Of a stretch of 18,295 nt of DNA, positions 9,356 to 16,778 are shown in pieces. A model generated the notes under the pieces. That model ran no database searches. It saw nothing but the letters and a program-made list of their open reading frames with translations, and was not told the DNA's origin. A program made the position numbers and the translations under genes. Each line of letters starts with the position of its first letter. Within the stretch, counting starts at the first letter, position 1. The stretch comes from a candidate division WOR-3 bacterium (GTDB lineage: Bacteria; Hydrothermota; Hydrothermia; LBFQ01; DSFT01). The stretch spans positions 1 to 18,295 of the forward strand of contig CBFGJN010000039.1 of assembly GCA_965649115.1 (NCBI GenBank). The letters run 5' to 3'.

Positions 9356-10017
9356 TTCAAAAATTCAAATATACTCTTAAAAATATAATACCCGTCTTTT
9401 GAACCTTCTCCAAGAATACCTTCGCTTCTCCTTTCAGGATGAGGCATAAGTCCTAGAACATTAAATTTGGAATTAAAAATTCCCGCAATATTCATAACTG
9501 AACCATTAGGATTATCAACATATTCAAATGCAACTAATTTTCTCTGATATAATGAATTTGGTTCATCATGAAGAAATCTCCCTTCCGAGTGTGCTATTGG
9601 AATTCTAATGATTTGTCCTTTTTCAAAAAATTTCGTAAAAGGTGTATCATTATTTATAACTTTAAGTTCAACTAACTTACATATGAATTTATTATTTAAA
9701 TTTTTTGTTAGTGCTCCTTCAAGAATTTGAGCTTCTGTTAAAATTTGGAAGCCATTACATATTCCAATAACCAAACCCATTTGACTTTCTATAAATTTAT
9801 ATATACTTTCCATAACAGGGGAAAATTTTGCTATTGCACCAGCCCTTAAATAATCACCGTAAGAAAATCCACCAGGAAGAACAATCAATTTATATTTAAA
9901 TACATCTTTATCTTTATGGAAATGATAATAAGGTTCAAATCCTAAAATTTTTAGGACATGAAATACATCTCTATCACAATTTGAACCAGGAAAAACAACA
10001 ATTCCTGCTTTTATCAT
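9352..10017 (-). CDS. purQ: Phosphoribosylformylglycinamidine synthase subunit PurQ
   Basis: [51 protein letters not shown]. Confidence 0.96.
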   Translation of the reverse strand: MIKAGIVVFPGSNCDRDVFHVLKILGFEPYYHFHKDKDVFKYKLIVLPGGFSYGDYLRAGAIAKFSPVMESIYKFIESQMGLVIGICNGFQILTEAQILEGALTKNLNNKFICKLVELKVINNDTPFTKFFEKGQIIRIPIAHSEGRFLHDEPNSLYQRKLVAFEYVDNPNGSVMNIAGIFNSKFNVLGLMPHPERRSEGILGEGSKDGYYIFKSIFEFLK

Positions 10018-10334
10018 ATATTAAAACCAAATGTCCTTAAAACTTCTCTGCCTTCTTCTGTTATTCTATCAATTGTCCAAGGTGGATCAAATGTAATTTC
10101 AACTTCAACATCACTTACACCTTCAATTTGTAAAAGCTTATCTTTAATTTCAAAAGCAATAGTATCGCCAATTGGACAACCAGGAGCAGTTAAGGTCATT
10201 AAAATATAAACTTTTCCATTTTCATCTATTTCAATACCATATACAAGTCCCAAATCAACGATATTAACAGGAATTTCAGGGTCATAAACAGTTTTAAGAA
10301 CCTCAATTATTTCATCTCTTGAAACCTTAGCCAT
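10014..10334 (-). CDS. Metal-sulfur cluster assembly factor (DUF59/SufT/PaaD family)
   Basis: [32 protein letters not shown]. Confidence 0.92.
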   Translation of the reverse strand: MAKVSRDEIIEVLKTVYDPEIPVNIVDLGLVYGIEIDENGKVYILMTLTAPGCPIGDTIAFEIKDKLLQIEGVSDVEVEITFDPPWTIDRITEEGREVLRTFGFNI

Positions 10335-10337
10335 ATT

Positions 10338-10351
10338 AAAATTTTAAAGCA
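10338..10351 (-). promoter_or_regulatory. Putative -10 element TGCTTTAAAATTTT of a leaderless DUF59-purQ-uvrC transcript
   Basis: TAAAAT on the minus strand (10341-10346), 6 nt before the ATG at 10334. Confidence 0.65.
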
Positions 10352-10368
10352 TATTGTGTTGTGTTTAG

Positions 10369-10572
10369 TGCTGTGTCCAATAATTCGGAAATCATTTATT
10401 TTTCATATTTTTCCCACCTACCCTACGATTAAGCCTACGGCTTTAAAATGCCCATATTTCGGTTATGGGGGACGAAGCCCCCCATCAAACCCCCCGTAAA
10501 ATCAATAATTTTCTTAAATTTTTTATAAGTGGTTGATAATCAATAACTTAACAATAATTTTTGGACAAAGCA
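10369..10572 (-). mobile_element. Full-length 204-bp MITE copy with perfect 9-bp target-site duplication
   Basis: TIRs TGCTGTGTCCAATAATT / AATTTTTGGACAAAGCA, flanked by TGTGTTTAG at 10360-10368 and 10573-10581. Confidence 0.92.
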
Positions 10573-10581
10573 TGTGTTTAG

Positions 10582-10715
10582 TGCCTTGTCTAGTAATTCT
10601 GGAAACATATATTTTTCCCACCCACCCTAAATTTAAGCCTTCGGCTTATAAATGCCCATTTTTCGGCTGAGGGGGCGTAGCCCCCCTAAAATCCCCCCGA
10701 TTATTAGACAAAGCA
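10582..10715 (-). mobile_element. Internally deleted MITE copy (tandem)
   Basis: TGCCTTGTCTAGTAATT ... TTATTAGACAAAGCA; both internal hairpins retained. Confidence 0.85.
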
Positions 10716-10742
10716 AAAAAATAAATAATTTCCATAGTAAAA

Positions 10743-10809
10743 TGCTGTGTCCAAAAATTCTGTAAATACGATTATTTCTATATTTTGCCCATCCACTCCG
10801 AAAATAAGC
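10743..10809 (-). mobile_element. Truncated MITE copy (one end only)
   Basis: TGCTGTGTCCAAAAATTCTG...TTTCTATATTTTGCCC...AAATAAGC matches the corresponding end of the copy at 12478. Confidence 0.8.
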
Positions 10810-10816
10810 ATTAAAA

Positions 10817-11725
10817 CTAAGGTTTTAATATATAAACATTTCTATCTTTGTCAAGTCCTCCACTAACTATTAAATTATCAGAGCAAATAATCCACTGAGT
10901 CTTTAAATTCATTTTTTCATCTACAATACCATTAAAATTGATTTTATATATATTCTCACCATCAATTAAGACAATATAATTTTTAAGAATACAGGCAGTG
11001 TTATCACCTTCAACATAACTCATGCCTTTCTTAAATAAAATTGAAAAATTCTTTAAATTAACTAAATTCACAAATCCTCCTTCTCTGAAATTATAATGAG
11101 CAAAAAGTAAATAATCGTTATTCAAAGCAAGGAGAGAAACATAAACCCACTTTTGATTATAGAATCTTTTGACTTCATTCCCAAGACTATCGTAAATTAT
11201 TAATTTATTTGTTAAATCTGAAAAAACACAAAAATTATTATTACATAAAAACTTACCCATTCCAAGTTCAGAGATATTTCTTATTTTCTTCTCTTCCTTA
11301 TTGTTTTTTAAATCGTAAATATAAATTGTTCCATCTACAAAAATAAAAGCTTTATTTTTAAGAATTCCAAAATCAACAATATCACCACCAAGCGAAATTT
11401 TCCCATCGTTAAGTTTTACTTCATAGCCTTCCTTCTCACATCCAACTATAAATCCAATTTTTTTATTATCAAAAGATGTTTTATAATAAGATAAACAACT
11501 TCCATCAGTTCCTCCTGAAAATTCATATAGTTCATTATTATACAAAATTGTCCATTTTTGATTATTTTTCAAAATTTTTCCATCTTTACTTAAAAGGACA
11601 CTACCCCCACTTCTGAAATTTATTACGATTGTATCTTTGTATAAAAAGTTATTTGGAGATAATTCGTTTTTTAAAGTGATTTTATTTAAAAGGACAAAAG
11701 ACAAAAGAACTATGTTAATTTTCAT
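10817..11725 (-). CDS. Hypothetical, probably exported beta-rich (propeller-like) protein
   Basis: Long ORF. ATG 11725 overlaps the mazG stop (ATGA) and gives a short hydrophobic N-terminus MKINIVLLSFVLL. Repeated beta-strand-like units (IYIYDL, LIIYDS, IYKINF). No family recognised. Confidence 0.7.
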   Translation of the reverse strand: MKINIVLLSFVLLNKITLKNELSPNNFLYKDTIVINFRSGGSVLLSKDGKILKNNQKWTILYNNELYEFSGGTDGSCLSYYKTSFDNKKIGFIVGCEKEGYEVKLNDGKISLGGDIVDFGILKNKAFIFVDGTIYIYDLKNNKEEKKIRNISELGMGKFLCNNNFCVFSDLTNKLIIYDSLGNEVKRFYNQKWVYVSLLALNNDYLLFAHYNFREGGFVNLVNLKNFSILFKKGMSYVEGDNTACILKNYIVLIDGENIYKINFNGIVDEKMNLKTQWIICSDNLIVSGGLDKDRNVYILKP

Positions 11726-12447
11726 TTGACCTTTTCCCAAATTTCGTCAATTTCTTTTAGTGTCATATTTTCTATTTTTAGATTATTTTCTTTGATATAT
11801 TCAAGAACCCTATTTAAACGATTTAAGAATTTTCTTGTAGCGTTTCTTAAAGCATCTTCTGGATTTACTTTATAGTGTCTTGATAAATTAACAATAGTAA
11901 ATAATAAATCTCCAATTTCTTCAAAAATTTCATTTTCACTTTTAGCATTTTTCAATTCTTCTATTTCCTCATAAACCTTTTTTAAAACTTCTTCTTTATT
12001 CTCCCAATCAAAGCCAATTTTTTCAGCCTTTTGAGTAATTCTATATGCCAAATATAAGGCAGGCATAGAAAAATTTATATTTTTAAATAATTCTTCTCCT
12101 TTTGATTTTTCCCAATTTTCAAGAACTTCATCAGCACTATTTAATTTCTTATCAGAGAATACATGAGGATGTCTTTTAATAAGCTTATCAATAAGTTTTG
12201 AAATAACGCTATTTAAGCTTGTTAAATTTTTTTCTTGAGCAATTTTTATATGCATTAGGGCTACTAATAAAATATCACCTATTTCTTCTTCAAATTTTTG
12301 CCAATTTTTATCATCTATTGTATTTATTACTTCATAGCTTTCCTCAATTAGTTTATACTTTAAGCTTTCATTCGTTTGCTCTCTATCCCAAGGGCACTTT
12401 TCTCTTAAAATGTTTATTATCTCCCATAACCTTTGGAAATTTTCCAT
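11722..12447 (-). CDS. mazG: Nucleoside triphosphate pyrophosphohydrolase MazG (start ATG 12447)
   Basis: LREKCPWDREQT, EESYE, EEIGD, KLIKRHPHVF, GFDW, EEIGDLLF. The 28-codon upstream extension lies in the repeat and promoter. Confidence 0.93.
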   Translation of the reverse strand: MENFQRLWEIINILREKCPWDREQTNESLKYKLIEESYEVINTIDDKNWQKFEEEIGDILLVALMHIKIAQEKNLTSLNSVISKLIDKLIKRHPHVFSDKKLNSADEVLENWEKSKGEELFKNINFSMPALYLAYRITQKAEKIGFDWENKEEVLKKVYEEIEELKNAKSENEIFEEIGDLLFTIVNLSRHYKVNPEDALRNATRKFLNRLNRVLEYIKENNLKIENMTLKEIDEIWEKVK

Positions 12448-12477
12448 AAGTTCTAAAATTTTAAAGAAAAAATAATA

Positions 12478-12681
12478 AGCCTTGTTTAGTAATTCTGAAA
12501 ATATAATCATTTCTATATTTTGCCCGCCCACCCTACGAAATAAGCCTTTGGCTTATAAATGCCCATTTTTATGCCTTGGGGGGCGAAGCCCCCCTATAAT
12601 CCCCCGAAAAATCAATAGTTTTAAATGAATTTTATAAGTTATTGACAATCAAGGACTTAACATAATTTACTGGACAAAGCA
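12478..12681 (-). mobile_element. Full-length 204-bp MITE copy between divergent mazG and sucC
   Basis: Colinear with 10369-10572 and the same length; ends AGCCTTGTTTAGTAATT / TTTACTGGACAAAGCA; no intact TSD seen. Confidence 0.88.
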
Positions 12682-12715
12682 TAAGCCCTTTTAAAAAAAT
12701 TGTTTTTTAACCTAA

Positions 12716-12727
12716 CTTTAAAATTTT
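12716..12727 (+). promoter_or_regulatory. Putative -10 element CTTTAAAATTTT of leaderless sucC
   Basis: TAAAAT 12719-12724, 7 nt before ATG 12732. Confidence 0.65.
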
Positions 12728-12731
12728 CAAT

Positions 12732-13871
12732 ATGAAGCTTCTTGAATACCAAGCGAAAGAAATTTTTAAAAATTATCAAATGCCTGTTCCTGATGGCTTT
12801 TTGTGTAAAAGCATAGAAGAGGTTGAAAATGTTTTAAAATCTATAAAATTTCCTGTTGTAATAAAGGCACAAGTTCCCGTAGGTGGTAGAGGAAAAGCAG
12901 GTGGTGTAAAGCTTGCTATGAATTATGAAGAAGCAATTGAAAAATCAAAAACTATATTAAATATGAAAATAAAATCAATTCCTGTTAAGAAAATTCTCAT
13001 ATCTCATGCAGTTGATATTAAAAAAGAATTTTATCTTGGAATAACGCTTGATAGAAAAATTAATAAGAATGTAATAATAACCTCAAAAGAAGGTGGAGTT
13101 GATATTGAGGAAGTTGCTAAAACAAACCCTTCTGCAATTTTAAAATATGAAATAGATCCATTTATTGGTTTAAGAGATTATGAAACAAGAGAAATTGCTT
13201 ATAATTTAATTGATGATAAAACTATTGCTATGGAAATTTCAAAAATTATAAAAAAACTATATCAAGTTTATATTGATTGTGAAGCTCAACTTGCCGAAAT
13301 AAATCCACTTGTAATAGATAATGAAAATAAAGTTTGGGTAATAGATGCAAAAATTCTTACAGATGATAATGCGTTATTTAGAAAAAGCTTTTTAGAAAAT
13401 TATAGAGATTTAGATTATGAAAATCCTTATGAAATTATGGCAAAGGAATATGGACTTTCCTTTATAAAACTTGATGGAAATATCGGAAATATGGTTAATG
13501 GAGCAGGTCTTGCAATGGCAACTATGGATGTAATTAAATACTATGGAGGAGAGCCTGCTAATTTCTTAGATGTTGGTGGTTCGTCTAATCCATTAAAAAC
13601 AAAGAAAGCAATGGAAATTATATTATCGGACAATAATGTTAAAAGTGTGTTTATAAATATATTTGGAGGTATTACAAGGACTGATGATATTGCACAAGGA
13701 CTAATTTCAGCATTTAAAGAAATAGAAATAAATGTTCCCGTAGTAGTAAGACTTACAGGAACAAACGAAGAAATAGCTAAAAGGATGCTTAAAGAAAGTG
13801 GTTTAAACTTAATAATCGTTGATAGTATGTCAGAAGGTGCAAAAAAAGCAGTAGAATTGGCAAATAAGTGA
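12732..13871 (+). CDS. sucC: Succinate--CoA ligase (ADP-forming) beta subunit
   Basis: LLEYQAKE, KAQVPVGGRGKAGGV, EINPL, DDNALFR, NGAGLAMATMD, PANFLDVGG, INIFGGI, RLTGTN. Confidence 0.96.
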   Translation: MKLLEYQAKEIFKNYQMPVPDGFLCKSIEEVENVLKSIKFPVVIKAQVPVGGRGKAGGVKLAMNYEEAIEKSKTILNMKIKSIPVKKILISHAVDIKKEFYLGITLDRKINKNVIITSKEGGVDIEEVAKTNPSAILKYEIDPFIGLRDYETREIAYNLIDDKTIAMEISKIIKKLYQVYIDCEAQLAEINPLVIDNENKVWVIDAKILTDDNALFRKSFLENYRDLDYENPYEIMAKEYGLSFIKLDGNIGNMVNGAGLAMATMDVIKYYGGEPANFLDVGGSSNPLKTKKAMEIILSDNNVKSVFINIFGGITRTDDIAQGLISAFKEIEINVPVVVRLTGTNEEIAKRMLKESGLNLIIVDSMSEGAKKAVELANK

Positions 13872-15001
13872 ATTTAATTTTTTTTCTTGGAATTGTTTCA
13901 CTATTTGCAGATATTACTTATGAGGGAGCAAGAAGTGTAATTGGACAATACTTATTCGTTCTTGGTTCAAGTTCATTATTTGTTGGATTTATCGCTGGGT
14001 TTGGTGAATTTATAGGTTATTTTTTAAGGATATTGTTCGGATACCTTGCTGATAAGACAAGAAATTACTGGTCATTTATGATAATTGGATATTCTTTAAA
14101 TGTCCTTTCTGTTCCACTTTTAGCATTTACTGATAATTACATAATAGCAGGAATTTTAGTTTTATTGGAGAGACTAGGAAAAGCAATTAGAACACCTTCA
14201 AGAGATACTATCATTTCATTTATTGGAAGCAAATATGGATATGGAATTTCATTTGGAATCCATGAGTTTTTAGACCAAATTGGTGCGTTAAGTGGTCCTT
14301 TACTTATTTTTGTAATCCTTTCATTATCTAAAAATGATTATAAATTAGGTTTCTTAATTCTTATTATTCCTGCTATTTTGTGCTTAATTTTTTTACTTTG
14401 GACAAAAATTAATTTTTCAAGTGTAAGGGAAATTGAAGTAAAAAGAAAAAATTATGAAAGTTTGAAAGCTAGTAAGAAATTTTGGATTTATACAATTGCT
14501 ATTGGATTTGTAAGCTTTGGCTTTATTGATTTTGCCTTGATCTCTTATCACTATAAAAGAATAAATTTATTTGAACCTAATGTAATTGTTATTTTATATT
14601 CAATTGCAATGATAACCGATGCCATTGCTTCAATAATTCTTGGGAAATTATTTGATAAATTTGGAATAAGAATTCTTATAATTTCAGTTTTTTTAACCAC
14701 TTTTTCAAATCCACTATTATTTTTTTTTAACGAAAAAACTTTAAGTTTTTTAGGAATAGTTCTTTGGGGTATAGGAATTGGAAGTCAAGAGTCAATAATG
14801 AGAGCTTATATTTCAAATATAATAAAAAAAGAGGAAAGAGCTACTGCTTTTGGAATTTTCAATTCAATATATGGATTTTCTTGGTTTATTGGTTCATTAT
14901 TAATTGGTTATCTTTATTCAATTTCATTAGTTTATATGGTTGTTGTATCATTTTTATTTCAAATTTTTGGTCTCTTGATACTATTAAAATTTATGCTTTA
15001 A
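13868..15001 (+). CDS. MFS transporter
   Basis: About 12 hydrophobic segments; GYLAD and GKLFDKFG motif-A loops; ERLGKAIRTPSRD. Confidence 0.9.
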   Translation: MNLIFFLGIVSLFADITYEGARSVIGQYLFVLGSSSLFVGFIAGFGEFIGYFLRILFGYLADKTRNYWSFMIIGYSLNVLSVPLLAFTDNYIIAGILVLLERLGKAIRTPSRDTIISFIGSKYGYGISFGIHEFLDQIGALSGPLLIFVILSLSKNDYKLGFLILIIPAILCLIFLLWTKINFSSVREIEVKRKNYESLKASKKFWIYTIAIGFVSFGFIDFALISYHYKRINLFEPNVIVILYSIAMITDAIASIILGKLFDKFGIRILIISVFLTTFSNPLLFFFNEKTLSFLGIVLWGIGIGSQESIMRAYISNIIKKEERATAFGIFNSIYGFSWFIGSLLIGYLYSISLVYMVVVSFLFQIFGLLILLKFML

Positions 15002-15006
15002 AATTT
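14994..15006 (+). promoter_or_regulatory. Putative -10 element TGCTTTAAAATTT for the tmRNA precursor
   Basis: TAAAAT 14999-15004 overlaps the MFS stop codon, 27 nt upstream of mature tmRNA. Confidence 0.5.
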
Positions 15007-15031
15007 AGGACTTGACAACTTGTTGTATAAA

Positions 15032-15368
15032 GGGGGTGTACGGATTCGACGGGGGTTTGGGGCCTTCAAGGAGCATGCCCCTAGCCCAGGGTTAAAGGGC
15101 AAGCACGATAAGTGCAAACGCTAACTATGCTTTGGCTGCCTAATTGAAGGCAGCGGGCTCGTAATCTTCTACCCACCTGGAAGATTGCGAGCTTGAAATT
15201 GAGGTGGGGGTAGATAACCTTGGTCCCGGGTTATCTACCTACAACGGGACCTACGCCCTAAGGGTTTTGGCAAGCTTTCCCTTAGGGAAGAGATTAAAAG
15301 CTTGCCTAAGCATGTAGAGCCTTGGGGGCTTCAACCCTCGGACGCGGGTTCGATTCCCGCCACCTCCA
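15032..15368 (+). ncRNA. ssrA: tmRNA; tag reading frame ANANYALAA* (15114-15143)
   Basis: 5' GGGGGTGTACGGATTCGAC and 3' GACGCGGGTTCGATTCCCGCCACCTCCA form an Ala-type acceptor stem with G3:U. Tag ends YALAA; CCA tail not encoded. Confidence 0.97.
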
Positions 15369-15392
15369 TTTTGTTGAAAAGGAGGAAGTAAA

Positions 15393-15800
15393 ATGGCAGA
15401 GAGAAAGGAAAAACCTAAGAGTATAGAAGAAAAAGTAAGGGAGATAAAAGAAAAAGGATATCTCAACTACGAAAGTCCTCGTATAAATAAGTACGAATCA
15501 AGGTCAAGAAAAATCATAGCTGGGACTGTTTTTCCATCTGACGAAAGGCTAAAAGAAAATATAATGAGTATTGAGAATGCTCTTGGCATAGTTATGGCTT
15601 TGAATGTTTATAATTTTAAATGGAAGGGAACTGATGTAGAGGATACAGGCTTACTAGCACAGGAAGTTGAAAAAGTTTTTCCAAAAGCTGTAAAAACACT
15701 TGAAAATGGCATAAAAGTTATTGATTATAATAAACTTATTGCTTTAATAATTCAAGCTATAAAGGAGATAAAAGAAGAAATTGATAATTTAAAGTCTTAA
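15393..15800 (+). CDS. Small peptidase S74 (intramolecular chaperone auto-processing) domain protein with ~49-aa N-terminal peptide
   Basis: SDERLKENI, GLLAQEVEKVFP, IDYNKLIALIIQAIKE plus coiled-coil end; strong SD AAGGAGG at 15379-15385. Confidence 0.88.
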   Translation: MAERKEKPKSIEEKVREIKEKGYLNYESPRINKYESRSRKIIAGTVFPSDERLKENIMSIENALGIVMALNVYNFKWKGTDVEDTGLLAQEVEKVFPKAVKTLENGIKVIDYNKLIALIIQAIKEIKEEIDNLKS

Positions 15801-15805
15801 CAAGT

Positions 15806-15880
15806 GCCCTCATCGTCTAGCTTGGCCTAGGACGCCAGGTTCTCAACCTGGAAACCCGGGTTCAAATCCCGGTGGGGGCA
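15806..15880 (+). tRNA. tRNA-Glu (anticodon CTC)
   Basis: Acceptor GCCCTCA/TGGGGGC, anticodon arm CCAGG-TTCTCAA-CCTGG, T-arm CCGGG-TTCAAAT-CCCGG; CCA not encoded. Confidence 0.96.
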
Positions 15881-15881
15881 T

Positions 15882-16094
15882 ATGAAAAAGAATATCCACC
15901 CAAAATACTATGAAGATGCTGTAATTGTATGTGCTTGTGGAAATAGGATAAAGACAGGTTCAACAAAAAAAGAAATTCATGTTGAAATATGTTCAGCTTG
16001 TCATCCATTTTATACAGGACAGAAAACACAAATTGTAGATACAGGAGGAAGGATTAAACGATTTAAAGAAAAATATGGAATAAAAGATGAATAG
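15882..16094 (+). CDS. rpmE: 50S ribosomal protein L31 (zinc-binding type)
   Basis: [33 protein letters not shown]. Confidence 0.97.
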   Translation: MKKNIHPKYYEDAVIVCACGNRIKTGSTKKEIHVEICSACHPFYTGQKTQIVDTGGRIKRFKEKYGIKDE

Positions 16095-16521
16095 GATAAT
16101 ATTATTATTAGTTTTTTTAATATCATGTTCATCAAGTAAGGTTATATTTTCACTGGCAACACCTGATGAGTTTCAACCAGTTTCCTTAACATCATTTAAA
16201 TCTGATGAGAAAAAAGATACAATTAAACAAGAAAAATCTTCTGAATATACTTGGAAAGCAGAAGCTGTAAAAGGTGCATTCGTTTATGGTTATCGCATTC
16301 AAGTTTTAGCAACATCAAATAAAAAACAAGTTGAAAAATTAAAAGAAGAAATATCAAAAAAAGGTATTAATTACCCAATTTATGTAAAATATGTTCCACC
16401 AATGTACAGATTGAGAATTGGAGACTTTCAAAATTATGAAGAAGCACAAAAAGCATTATCTCAAATAAAGAATTTAGGTTATAGGGATGCTTTTATTATT
16501 GAAGATTTTATAAATAAGTGA
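16087..16521 (+). CDS. SPOR-domain lipoprotein
   Basis: Lipobox-like LISC; C-terminal GYRIQVLA...YRLRIGDF...GYRDAFI. Confidence 0.85.
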   Translation: MNRIILLLVFLISCSSSKVIFSLATPDEFQPVSLTSFKSDEKKDTIKQEKSSEYTWKAEAVKGAFVYGYRIQVLATSNKKQVEKLKEEISKKGINYPIYVKYVPPMYRLRIGDFQNYEEAQKALSQIKNLGYRDAFIIEDFINK

Positions 16522-16778
16522 TTTTTTTATTAACATTTGGCTTTGAAAAAAACGATTCTTGGATATCAAAAGATAAATTCAAACATTTTTTTGTATCATA
16601 TATAATTTTTTCAGTTTCTTACGATGCAACCAATAAAAAAGAAAATTCAGCTATAATAACATTTTCAATAGGAATTTCAAAAGAAATTTATGATGGTTTT
16701 AAAAAAGAAAAATTTGGTTATAAAGACTTAATCTGGGATTTGCTTGGAATATCTTTTGGTTTAATTTTACTAAGATAA
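16518..16778 (+). CDS. YfiM/DUF2279-like small membrane protein
   Basis: DSW..DKFKHF, GISKEIYD, KDLIWDLLG pattern. Confidence 0.7.
   Translation: MIFLLTFGFEKNDSWISKDKFKHFFVSYIIFSVSYDATNKKENSAIITFSIGISKEIYDGFKKEKFGYKDLIWDLLGISFGLILLR

Noticed and set aside
10360..10810. Possible CRISPR array
   Set aside because: Units are 130-204-bp homologous elements with inverted termini, not short direct repeats with unique spacers; no cas genes in the window.
12219..12449. 76-aa plus-strand ORF
   Set aside because: Antisense shadow of mazG.
12448..12531. N-terminal extension of MazG
   Set aside because: Runs through the repeat and promoter motif; MazG homology starts at ATG 12447.
14764..15015. 83-aa alternative-frame ORF
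   Set aside because: Overlaps the MFS gene out of frame; no recognisable features.
15012..15031. TTGACA...TATAAA as tmRNA promoter
   Set aside because: Spacing is only 8 nt and TATAAA abuts the mature 5' end; the TAAAAT motif at 14999 fits better.
15251..15466. 71-aa minus-strand ORF
   Set aside because: Antisense to the tmRNA 3' half and the S74 gene start.
15340..15810. Prophage or island integrated at tmRNA
   Set aside because: No integrase, no duplicated tmRNA or tRNA 3' end seen, and only one intact small gene in between; an ancient phage origin of the S74 domain cannot be excluded.
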